Source: Octopus sinensis (lineage: Eukaryota). From it: a stretch of DNA of 64,000 nucleotides. Where the stretch lies: positions 18,289,360 through 18,353,359 of the forward strand of contig NC_043019.1 in the NCBI RefSeq assembly GCF_006345805.1, written 5' to 3'. Every line of letters starts with the position of its first letter. Positions within the stretch are counted from its first letter, which is position 1. Made by a program: the position numbers and the translations under genes. This document shows, piece after piece, positions 13,644 to 37,149 of this stretch. The notes beneath the pieces are model-generated. The model did no database searches. It worked only from the letters and a program-made list of their open reading frames with translations, and was not told where the DNA came from.

Positions 13644-14559
13644 TCAGGTCATCCCATAAGTTGAAGATGAAGATTGAACAGGACGTCCAGTTGAGTTTCA
13701 TGATTAGCTCCTTGAAGCATTACTTGAAGAAAATCCTGCATTATCAATTGAAGAATTGGCAATAAAGCTTAGTTCAAACCATGCAACTGTTCATCGTCAT
13801 TTTCAACAACTCAGAGAGGTTCCTAATCTTGGAAAATGGGTGCCTCATGAATTGTCCGAAAGCAACCGCAAATCCTGAGTTGACATCTGCTCTCCTCTCC
13901 ATTCTTGTGAACTCATTTCACCCTTTTTGGATAGACTTGTGACTTGTGATGAAAAATGGATCTTCTATCGAAATGTTAAATGTCGTAAACAGTGGCTTGG
14001 TAAAAGGGAAAAAGCTCAACCACAACCGAGAAGGGAACTTCATGGGAAAAAGGTTCTTCTCTCTATCTGGGGGGATTGCAAAGGAGTAATTCTCTTTGAA
14101 TTGTTACCACCTAATGCAACAATCAATGCTCAAGTTTGAACCAAGCTTTGAAGTAAAAAATACCCGCTTTAATGAATCGAAAAGGAGTGATGTTTCATCA
14201 GGACAATGTGTGACCCCACACTGCAAAAATCACATCACAGAAGATCAAAGAGCTTGGTTGGGAAAACATTCCCCGTCCACCTTATTCTTCCGACTTTGCT
14301 CTTTCAGACTACCATTTGTTTCGTAGTTTACAGAATCATTTGTCGGACATAACTTTCGCAAGCCAGGAAGAGGCTGAAACTGACATTTCAGAGTTCTTCG
14401 CTTTCAAACCATTGATGGGATTAAAAAGCTTGTAAATAAATGGAAGGAAGTCATAGATAATCAGGGAAGTACTTTGATGATTAAATTTCAATTAAATATA
14501 ATATTTGATCACTTGTTTACTTTATTCAGAATTCGGACAGAACTTATGGGATGACCTGA
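13644..14559 (+). mobile_element. Mariner (DD34D-type) transposon, internally deleted and decayed
   Basis: 19-bp TIR match tcaggtcatcccataagtt / aacttatgggatgacctga with TA at both flanks. Transposase motifs WVPHEL, LVTCDEKWIFY, KKVLLSIWGD and YSSDFALSDY (YSPDLAPSDY-like), broken by stops and frameshifts. Confidence 0.9.
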
Positions 14560-15157
14560 TATATTAAGTGGTGTTGGAGTATTTGAGATGGTGGCAAGGT
14601 AGCTTTAGGTCAAAGACCAACAGAGATGGAGATAACTTGCTACAGAGAAGTTACATAGATATCCCACATCGTTTAAGGATGAGATTATCTGGGAAAAGAA
14701 GGTTGCTTTGCAACTCCTGGTTTTGAGTTCAGTCCCACTGCTTGGCGACTTGGACATAGGTCTTCAATTATAAGCCCAGGTCAATTAATGCCTTATGAGT
14801 AAATCTGGTACATGGAAGCCATCATATAAATACACACACACACACACACACACAAATCTATGTGTGTGTGTGTGTGTGTGTGGTTGTTACCACCCATCAC
14901 CACTTGAAGCCCTTGTATTCATTTATTTGTGACCCTGTAACTGAGTGGACCGGCAAAAGAGATTGATAGAATACATATCTGACAAACTATAAGTAGTGTT
15001 TGACTTAAATCTCTTAAAAGCAGTGCCCCAGCATGGCCACAGTCCAATGACAGAAACAAGTAAATGGTAAAAGATACACACATACATACCCACTATATAT
15101 ACAGATATATATGTGTGTGTGTACATGTATATATGTTTATATATCTATATATGCTTT

Positions 15158-15188
<31 letters not shown>

Positions 15189-15587
15189 TACATACATTCA
15201 TACATAAGGTGTGTCTTTGCTTGATAGTTACATAACTCTCTAAAATAGGATTAAAATACATACAAACAGACCATACACACACACATACACACACACAAAC
15301 ATGTATGCACACAGATGTGTAAGTGTGTGTGTGTGTGTGCTTAATTACTTGGCATTGAGACAGAATTGAATTGTGTGGAACAGAAGGACTCGTCTCTTTC
15401 TTGCTTGGTCTGGTGATTTCAGGTCAGAAACATAGGAAAACAAAAACTGTCTTTCTTTTATTGAAATTTCTGCTGCTGACACACGAAATAATTTGTGCAC
15501 ACAAAATATACTTATGTATTTTTCCCTTGTAAGTAGAATATATTTTTTTAAAAAGTAAAATGTAGTTTTAAACATTATAAAATTTAA

Positions 15588-15817
15588 AGTAAAGATTATT
15601 TGCCAACATAACATGGCAGTCCTGGTTTAGGATGAATGTTGCTGTAATTTAGTCCCAGGAGACATTGTCTCCAGCTGCCTATACGACACAATCTGTGACC
15701 TTATATTTTCAAACAAGGGAATCTAGCACCTCCACTTATCTCAGAATCATATCTGTGTATTGTAATTCCCAGGTTATTTCCAGGACTGCCATGTTATGTT
15801 GGCAAACAATCTTTACT
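15588..15817. mobile_element. Small MITE-like element
   Basis: 38-bp terminal inverted repeats (agtaaagattatttgccaacataacatggcagtcctgg) with one mismatch; no coding capacity. Confidence 0.7.
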
Positions 15818-17463
15818 CCAAAATACTGTTGCTGAATATCTCTCGTGAGATTTAAAAATAGTCATTTTCTAATCATAAAATTTACTTTGCTATTCAAATA
15901 TATGTTCCTCTTGTAGCCATTCTTAGCTCAGTCATCCTATGTTGTTCTCGCAAGCCAAGAAGCAAAACTTTGTATTATTATTATTTTTCTTTTTATCTCA
16001 GGTACAACTCATTTTTGTCTAACGAGTGGAGCAACGTGAAATGTTTCGTTCAAGGACATAAAATGCCTCCAGGGGTCGAACTAACGACCTTACCATTGAG
16101 AGCTGATTACCCCAACCACAAAACCATGTGCATTCACTACATACATACATACATTTATACATATACACATGCATACACACATACACATACATATGTACAT
16201 TGTACATACACACACATACATACACACACACACACTTTGTCACAAAGTGACACATGTACTGCATCAGCAAAATGCATTAAACTTTCTCAAATTCTTCAAA
16301 AACTTGCTGTTAATCACGCATAGTGCTCCTATAGAAAATATCTGCTACATGATCATGCTTCACCTGCTAGAAATAGCTTCTAAATCTTCCCTCATATCCC
16401 ATCTCGCAAATCCAGACTCAATTGTGGCTACCCAATAAAATTCTTAGTAGTATTTCGCCCGTTGCTACAGTCTGTGTTCAAATTCTGCTGGGGTTGACTT
16501 TGCCTTTCATCCTTTTGGGGTCAATGAAATAACTACCAGTTACACACGGGTTGATGTAATTGACTAGTCCCCTCCCCACTAATTTTAGACCTTGTGCCTA
16601 TAGCAGAAAGGATTATTATTATTATTTTTTGTTTTACTTTTGCTTTGTATTTGTACAAGTTGACTCCAGGTCTCGCCCAGAAACCTCAAGAGACAACAAG
16701 TTAGAAGTTCAAGTCGGTATTATGCCTAGGGTGTCATATATTTGGTTTTGTAGATAGTGTTGTTCTAGAGAATGTTTAAGAAAACATAAGAAAATTGTTT
16801 TAAAAGTTGAGATTACATAGACAGAATTTTATGTAGGATATGGGCAGTTCGCATGAGCACTATCTTTTGAATTTCTGCCATTTTGGGGTTTCCTGGTATC
16901 TAAGCTAGGTAGCAATCAGCCCCTTTTGCTATCATTTCCAGGGAACCTATGACAACAGGTATTGTTTTAGTCTTGAGGCTCCACATTTTGCCAATTTCTA
17001 TTTCAAGATCTTTATACTTGCTCAGCTTTTGGTAGGTCTTGACATTTATGTCGATTGAGACAGTCATATCAATGAGAAGGCAGGATTTTTATCTGAAGTC
17101 TTTCAATATAATGTCTGGCCTATTCACATATATCTTTCTGTCAGTTTATTATTATTATTATAAATAAGGCAGTGAGCTGGCAGAATCATCGGCATGCTGG
17201 TCTTGTACCAATAATTTGAAAAATTTATTGTTGTTATTTAGAACAAAAATGGTAAAGGAAAATCTACCCATTTACCTTCTAATAACTCACCTCTTCCTTC
17301 TCGTCCTCTCTCTCTCTCTCTCTCTCTTTCCTACTCACCCATTCAAATATGTACCCCTCCCCACTAATTCTGATGCTTTACTCCTAAATGGTCCCTCATC
17401 AAATCCTACATCAAAATGATTTAATTTTCTATTCTTGTTCCTCACCAAACTCTCAGCTCAACC

Positions 17464-29009
<11,546 letters not shown>

Positions 29010-30270
29010 GACTTTCTTGTATCAGGTCCAAGGGTCTCAGAAAACTAAGCCTAAATGAGAAGTTATGGCTTTTATGTATTTCACTTCATAATAATTCTTT
29101 CTAATTTTGGCACAAGGCCAGCAATTTTAGGGAAAGTCAAGTCATTTACATTGACCCCTAGTACTTGACTGGTACTTTATTATATCAACCCCAGAAGAAT
29201 GAAAGGCAAAGTTAGCTCAAGTGGAATTTGAACACAAAATGTAATAATTCAGAAGAAACACCACTTGTCATTTTTTCCGACACTCAAACGATTTTCCTTT
29301 TCACTTCATAACAACAACAACAACCATGGAAAAAGGATAATTGTTTCTAATATAGGCATGGGACCAGAATCAACCCCAAGGAGAAGTAAAAATCTCTTGA
29401 TCATCCTGTTTGAAGTTACTCATAGGAAATCTCTGCTTGTCTCAGAAAAAGATAATGTGTAAATACCATCGAACAGCTGAGCTTAACATCATATTTCAGA
29501 GTGAAAATGGCAAAGCTAAATAAATCCTTGACATAACAAGACCAAATGACTATAATTGTGGGAAGAAGTGAGGTGAAGAGTTAAAGAATTGTACCATTCT
29601 TTGCTGAATCAAAAACCTTATGACAGTCAAGAAATAAAAGTAGAAATAAATAGAATATAAAATTGAAATGATTTGGCTGCTTTTACTTATTGTTCTTCTG
29701 CCATTTTGTATCCTGCTGTTGAAGGTGTTTCATGAAAGAAGTTCAACTTTTGATCATCCTGCTGAAGTTGCTCCAGGGAGAAGTGTTACATGCATACATA
29801 CATATGTATGTACATAGATACATACGTACATGCATATTTGGAATCAAAATCCATCGACAAGGTTACAGAAGCGATGAAAATTTTGGAATGGAACAAATAT
29901 AAATCATGAACGAATGGAAATTGAACCAGTGAGTGTGTTCGTTACTAAAGCAGTCTCCAGATGCAACAATTGCTTTTCTTTTCTTTTCTGTTTCTTTTGT
30001 TTTTATGGTTTCTAAGAGCAAAAAAAAAGGCTCAAATCGGTCTGGAGGGTGGGGGGTAGAAGAAATTTTCAAAAGTGCTTTTTTTTCTTTCATAGAAAGA
30101 TGCCCCTCACCAATCAATGGCGGTACTATTGTATTACTGTATTTCGCGACAACCACTCAAGCAGAATATTATTGTTGCCTTCTCTTTCGCTAATCTCCTT
30201 CTGTTTTTGTTGTACGAGGTGGCAACATAATTTACACTTCGCTCTCCTCCTTTGCCAAAAAAAATCTAAT

Positions 30271-30658
30271 CTACTCTTTTACGTGTTTCAGTCATTTGAC
30301 TGTGGCCATGCTGAAGCACCGCCTGTAATCGAGCAGGACTTATTCTTTGTAAGCCTAGTACTTATTCTATCGGTCTCTTTTGCTGAACTGCTAAGTTATG
30401 GGGGACATAAACACACCAGCATCGGTTGTCAAGCGATGTTGGGGGGACAAACACAGATACACAAACATATACACACACATACATATATATATACATATAT
30501 ACGATGGGCTTCTTTCAGTTTCCGTCTACCAAATCCACTCACAAGGCTTTGCTCAGCCCAAGGCTATAGTAGAAGACACTTGCCCAAGGTACCATGCAGT
30601 GGGACTGAGCCTGGAACCATGTGGTTGGTAAGCAAGCTACTTAACACACAGCCACTCC
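30271..30658 (-). mobile_element. tRNA-derived SINE (family A, near full length)
   Basis: Reverse complement of 41098-41509: head, core, internal (CA/TA)n and tail all present. Confidence 0.85.
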
Positions 30659-31049
30659 TACACCTATCTATTTAATTATTTATAGGGTCATTGAACCAAT
30701 TTGAAATGTAAAGCAGAATGTTATAGAAAGCCTCATCACACGTTTCCCCTGTTAATTGTCACCACAAGAACTTGTCCAAATCAGATGGTAGCATCTCTTC
30801 TGAAGTTCCATTTTTGTGTTTCAATCGCTCTTTCGTTTCTTTCCAATAACATTCTGCATGATTCCTGCATACTCCATTCACATGATTCACAAAATTCTCA
30901 AGATTATTAACAGTCAAATGGTGAAATTGTGGTATCTCAGCGATTCCAGTCCAAATGGATTTCTATTCTACATAGAACATTTTCCTCAATCAAAGGTAGC
31001 AATGACGCCGCTGACCTATCTGGAACAAAACAAATTAATCCAAGCCCTG

Positions 31050-31975
31050 TTGTTATGTTCTTCCCTCCAAGTGTCCATTTTGGGGCAACCACACGTCCGA
31101 CATGCTACTTATTTCGCACCACTGTCCAAAGCCAACCAATCACGGCCTTTGGTTAAGGTCCCTTCTCCTAGGCTCTGTTGAGCCACCTTACTTGTATATA
31201 AAGGAATGTTCTCAGTATACTTAGTCTTTGGTTCTAGTCCTTCTAAGGACTAACCTCTGACCACAGAGCTACTCAACATGTTCCAGTCACAGCGACAGAC
31301 GATCAGCCACGACGACGCTAATGTACACTCACCACAGAATGCCTTCTATCTCCGCCGCCGTCGTCACCATCATTGTACCAACTTCAAGTCGTCTCTACCA
31401 TCGTCGCCATCACCATCGTCCACTTCAGACATGTACGCACCAACCTCACAGATCCACGCTGTTAGAGTGAATCCCTTCACCAAGTAAAACAGTCCGTCTG
31501 AAGAATTCTATATTAAGAGAACCAGCTCGGCGATTGAGACCATGACCGTGGCTCGACAATATTCACCCAACCGGTCTCCCCACCGAGACACATCTTGATA
31601 TTGAACTCTTACATATCGTGTACCTTATGAAATGTAAACCAATTTCCATCATTAACTCTATGCTCTGTACTTTCTGTGTCACACGCTTTCACCCTTATTG
31701 TATCTGTCACCCACACGAACACACAGACACAAACACTTGTTGCATGCACACATACACAACACTTGCTAGCACTCACAACCTTCTAACCTTAATGCCAATT
31801 GTAAATAAAATCTTATCTTCTCTCAAACAGTGAAACGGCTTGTCGTCATTAATCTATATTCTGTTGGCACTGCGTTGTATAAATTGCATTTATAGCTTAT
31901 CTTATTTCATTAGGGATGCGACCGTGTGACTTACCTATGTCACCAACCTCCACATACGGTCGTATTTCCTACACA
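31050..31975 (+). mobile_element. Solo-LTR-like element (second copy)
   Basis: CCAAT (about 31136), TATATAAA (about 31194), AATAAA (about 31805), terminal ..acaca; homologous to the reverse complement of 25819-26800. Confidence 0.5.
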
Positions 31976-32080
31976 TTTATTAGACCCAAGTAGGGTCTAT
32001 CTTCTACATATGTGTATTAGTTGGTCTCCATATCTTGATATTTGTCTGGGTTCTTCTTGTGGTATTCTTTTATTTCTTTT

Positions 32081-32262
32081 TTCTTTTACTTGTTTCAGTC
32101 ATTTGACTGCGACCATGCTGGAGCACCACTTTTAGTCGAGCAAATCGACGCAGGACTTATTCTTTGTAAGCCCAGTACTTATTCTATCGGTCTCTTTTAC
32201 GAGGACGTAAACACACCAGCATCGGTTGTCAAGCAATGCTAGGGGGACAAACACACACACAT

Positions 32263-32293
<31 letters not shown>

Positions 32294-32453
32294 CGACAGG
32301 CTTCTTTCAGTTTCCATCTACCAAATCCACTCACACTGCATTGGTTGGCCCGGGGCTATAGCAGAAGACACTTGCCCAAGATGCCACGCAGTGGGACTGA
32401 ACCCGGAACTATGTGGTTGGTTAGCAAGCTACTTACCACACAGCCACTCCTGC
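32081..32453 (-). mobile_element. tRNA-derived SINE (family A, near full length)
   Basis: Reverse complement of 41098-41509. Confidence 0.85.
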
Positions 32454-32936
32454 GTATACATATCCATTTATCTAAATTATATTTCCTAATTCTCTATAGA
32501 TGGGTATCAGCACATTTATATATGGAGGTTTATGTGTGTATTTTGTATATATATGATGATGATGATGATGATATATATATATATATTTATTGATATATAT
32601 AAATACATATACTCAGGTAAGTCTGCATATTTCTAGGCATGGTTTCTCATCCTCAGACTGTATTATGTTATTTTTATGAATGTAACGTGTATTCAAATGC
32701 TTCCCAAAATCTAGAGTTCACTTTAATGGTTTCAATGACACTACAGGATGTTGCACATGCATTCAGTTCTGAGTGCATTACATCTTGTAGCAGAAACAAC
32801 TGTAAGCTAATGAAGGAGATCATGTAAATCTTGTAGTTTTGTCATTCAATAAAAGATACATACACAGCTCACACTCATACATACACGCACACAATTATAC
32901 ATACATGTACACACACACACACACACACACAAAGTG

Positions 32937-34105
32937 ATGCTGTTGACATCGTTTTGCTGGACTTTGCCAAAGCTTTTGACTTGGTAAACCACCGCCTATT
33001 GCTTGTCAAGCTTCAAGCATATAGTTTCCATCCGGATATTGTACGATGGGTTGGTGCCTTCCTCTCAGATCGCTCCTTCCAAGTCCAAGTTAATGGTTCG
33101 CGGTCCGACGTCTCCAGTGCGAGCAGTGGTGTGCTCAAGGTTCAGTGCTTGGGCCCTTGTTGTTCTTAGTCTTCATAAATGACTTGCCCGACGACCTCAC
33201 ACAACACACCCTTCTATTTGCCGATGATATCAAACTGGTCGCTCCTCACGGTAATATAGAGGATCTTCGTCGATGCCTCCACCAAATTTGGAAGTGGTCT
33301 AACAATTGGGACTTGTGTCTGAACGTGTCAAAGTGCTGTCATCTGCCTGTCGGCTCTACTCCTGCAACTCAACTTGATTTCGAGCAGGGTCGTCTGCTGC
33401 TGGAGAGGACCGATCAGGTAAAGGACCTAGGTATCTTGGTGGATTCCTCCTTTTCGCCTTCGGCCCAGTGCGTCCATGCTGCCAACAAAGCACGCGGAAT
33501 TCTGTTCTTGATTCGACGGTCATTCGGAATGCTCACAGCAGCCATATTCCTACCACTCTATGTCACGCTGGTGAGACCCATATTGGAGTATGGGATTCAA
33601 GCCTCTTCTCCTTATCTCCTCAAAGACATACAGCATCTCGAAAGAGTCCAGAAGCTGGCTACCCGCATGGTTCATGGTCTCAAAAATTTGTCCTATGAAG
33701 AAAGGCTGAGGACGCTCGACCTTTATTCTCTTGAAAAACGCCGCTGCCGTGGTGATCTCATTCTCGCCCACAACATCATAAGCGGAAAGTGTAACCTCTC
33801 GAAAGAGCTGTTCTTCACTCCTGCTCCAGAGCGTCAGCTGCGGGGTCATTCCGAAAAGCTCTACCTGCGACGATTTCATCTCAATCGAAGGAGAGGAGCT
33901 TTCTCCGTCCGGGTTGCGGATCCGTGGAACAAGCTGCCAGACGAGATGGTGAAGATGCCAACGACTGCTTTGTTCAAAGCCTCCCTTGACCTCAAGTGGC
34001 CTGAACTCTTTACATGAATACCACCCTGTACCTAACTCCATGTCCCCCTACATGGCCTTGCTATTTGCTTTTGAGCCAAATTAACTAACTAACTAACTAA
34101 CTAAC
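32937..34105 (+). mobile_element. 5'-truncated CR1-clade LINE (RT C-terminal half, 3' UTR, (TAAC)n tail)
   Basis: DFAKAFDLVNH, G-V-(P)-QGSVLGPLLF with a 1-bp frameshift near 33135, LLFADDIKL, KDLGILVD, LRGHSEKLY..FSVRVADPWNKLP; ORFs 32954-33169 and 33145-34017; tail ttaactaactaactaactaac. Confidence 0.92.
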
Positions 34106-34544
34106 AAAAACAATACACAGAATAAAGTACAGTTACTCCACACACACATCCCCACTGATATACACGTACACAGACAGACACACACATACATACACACACA
34201 CACTACATATACATACATGTACCCATACACATATGCACGCACAAGCACACACGCACACATACACAGAGTAAAGTACAGTTACTCCCCCACACACAACCCC
34301 TATGCATACACACACGAACACACAACCCCTATGCATACACACACGAACACACACATACATACATAACACACACACACTACATATACATACACGCACACAC
34401 TACATATACATACACGCACACACTACATATACATACACGCACACACACATACTTCAGACTACCAGTACCTTCTACTGACCATTCACCTATGCCCATGTGT
34501 AGGTAGACACACAACAGACAGCCACTCCTACCAAAATTCTTAAC

Positions 34545-34816
34545 ATAAATTCTTCCTATGACCTTAAAGGATACCAAGCCCAACCACACACATAGATAAA
34601 CAGCCACAACCACGCATACACACGTGCTATCATTACACACACAAATACACACACACACACACACCTGCATGCATGAACATACCCACAGGTATGTTCGTGC
34701 GTGCAGGTGTGTGTGTGCGTGTGTGTAATGATAGCACGTGTGTATGCGTGGTTGTGGCTGTTTATCTATGTGTGTGGTTGGGCTTGGTATCCTTTAAGGT
34801 CATAGGAAGAATTTAT
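34545..34816. repeat. 272-bp near-perfect hairpin
   Basis: 34545-34683 pairs with 34688-34816, 4-nt loop caca; arms differ mainly in CA-run length. Confidence 0.9.
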
Positions 34817-35038
34817 ACTTCCTTCTCTTGCACTCTCCTGTCTTTGAAAGAACTTTTTCTTCACCCATTTCCTTCTGGTCATTTCAATATGTGACCGTGT
34901 GTGTATAGTTGGCGATTTTCTTTCTCCGTCTTCCCTTCTTTGGACTGTACTTATTCCACGTCCTCGCGTTGTTGTGTTTTCTCTTTGTTCATGTTTGGAT
35001 TAACTATATATATATATATATATATATACATATATATA

Positions 35039-35083
<45 letters not shown>

Positions 35084-35084
35084 C

Positions 35085-36853
35085 AGAAAAGAGGATTATC
35101 CCCACGTGGTGAGTTGTAATGTAAATAAGAAATTAAAAAAGGAAAATACGCACACTTACATAGTTTTTAATATAATTTTTAATATATCGACCGGTTTTGC
35201 TATCACTATTCATGATATTATGTTTTACTTATTTGAATATATATCTTTTCTTAATAAGAAATTTAGTCCATGTTGTGTGTGATGAAATTCACGAGTGAAT
35301 GACTTCACAAGTAGATAAATAAAGGGAGGTAATTGTTTGTCATTATTATTGTTATTGTTGTGGGTAAGGGAGATAACTGTTCAGCTTTCGGTAATGGGTG
35401 GGGATTATATATGTGTACAGACAGAGACAAGTTTCAAAAACCTTGTTTAGTAGGGGATTTATGTACAGTGATGTAGTCATGAATTGAAATATGTAAAAAG
35501 ATAAAAGTTGGTTATGAGTGCATATTAAGTGCGGAATATGAGTGCAGAATTGCGATGGGGATGAAAGCAGTTCCTATTCTTGTGAACCTAATAATGGGTT
35601 ATTTTGAATTCACCTTATATGAAGTATCACTTCAGAAATATGGTTACACATTTTACCTCTACATAAGAGAAAATTGGAAGCGATACCTGGATGACTGCTT
35701 TATCATCTGGAAGGAGAACATCGACAAACTTTTGGATTTCAAAACAACACTAAATGACATAAATAGTAACATTCAATTCACAATGGAATATAACAAAGAA
35801 CAACTTCCATTTTTAGACATCATGATAAAAAAAGTTAACAATGAAATCATAACTGACATTTATTATAAACCAACTGATTCAAAACAATATCCTCTCTTTA
35901 ACTCATGCCACCCGAAACACATAAAAATAAACATCCCTTTCAACTTAGCAAAAAGGATCTGCACAATAGTGTCTGACAGAACAACTTGGGACCTTCATCT
36001 TCAAGACCTCAAAATAACACTTATTGAAAGACAATATCCACCTTCTCTTATGAACGAGGGAATTAAAGGTGCCAAACAATTAGTCACAAAAACACTAAGA
36101 ACAACAAAACATAACACCATACCTCATCTCAAAACATTACTATTTATATCAACACACAACCACAGAAACAGCGAGGCATTCAACACTATTGTGCAAACTC
36201 TTCCTTTACTAACTAGAGATCCAAAAATGAACGACATCCTGAAAACACACAAACCCATCAAATGCAAAAAACAAGACAAATCGCTAAAGAGACTACTAAC
36301 AAATGCAAAGCTTTACAAAACAACCACGAAACCAACGGTTGAAAAATGTGAACGCCCGAACTGTGGAACCTGCCCCCACCTGCTTGAAGGCTCGGACTTC
36401 CTTTTAAAACAAGGACAGAGGTTTACAATTAAAACTAGTTTCACCTGTGCCTCTGAGAACCTAATTTATGTAATAACCTGCTCGGGTTGCGGACACCACT
36501 ATATTGGACAAACGAGTATGACCTTGAGAAAGAGAACCACTCTACATAAGGAGCAAATCCGTTTCCCACAATACAGACAAATTCCTCTCAGTGAACATAT
36601 AGAAAAATGTGCAGGTAACATCAAACCAAATTTCACAGTCTTCCCTTTCTACCAGTGCAAAGACACAATCTCTCAACTAGAATGTTTAAATAAAGGAACT
36701 TTTTTTATTGAAAAATACAAAACACGTTTAATATGCACTCATAACCATCTTTTATCTTTTTGCATATTTCAATTCACGACAACATCACTGTACATAAATC
36801 CCCTACTAAACAAGGTTTTTGAAACTCGTCTCTGTCTGTACACATATATAATC
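35085..36853 (+). mobile_element. Penelope-like retroelement (Neptune-like), 5'-truncated, with an inverted 3'-end copy at its 5' side
   Basis: ORF 35555-37036: RT motifs (MG..VPILVNLIMGYFE, RYLDDCFIIW, LPFLDIMI, YYKPTDSKQY..NSCHPKHIK), Cys linker CERPNCGTCPH, GIY-YIG NLIYVITCSGCGHHYIGQT..LRKR. 35403-35528 is the reverse complement of 36728-36853. The last ~60 codons of the ORF run into unrelated RTE DNA. Confidence 0.9.
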
Positions 36854-37070
36854 TGCAAGAAGTATGCCCACACCACCTACCTCATTACTGTTACCTTCCC
36901 AGAAGATTTTATACCCATGTGCCTTGCCTTTGAGGAACTTGGTTGGAGCTCTTACATTCTGCATACAACCTACATCAGCATGCCTCAGCTCAAGTATCTC
37001 AACAATCTCGCTAGACATACATTTCAGTGTGCCTAAATTGATAGTGCCAACTCTGAAAACTGGGAAAGGG
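36852..37070 (-). mobile_element. RTE endonuclease (APE) N-terminal fragment
   Basis: FRVGTINLGTL..EIVEILELRHADVGCMQ..YKIFWEGNSNEVGGVGILL. Confidence 0.8.
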
Positions 37071-37149
37071 ACATGAGAAAGGGACATGGGAAGGGGAGAT
37101 GGTATTCAGCACCTGGAAAGAAGGTTTCAATGATTGTTAAAAGATAAAG

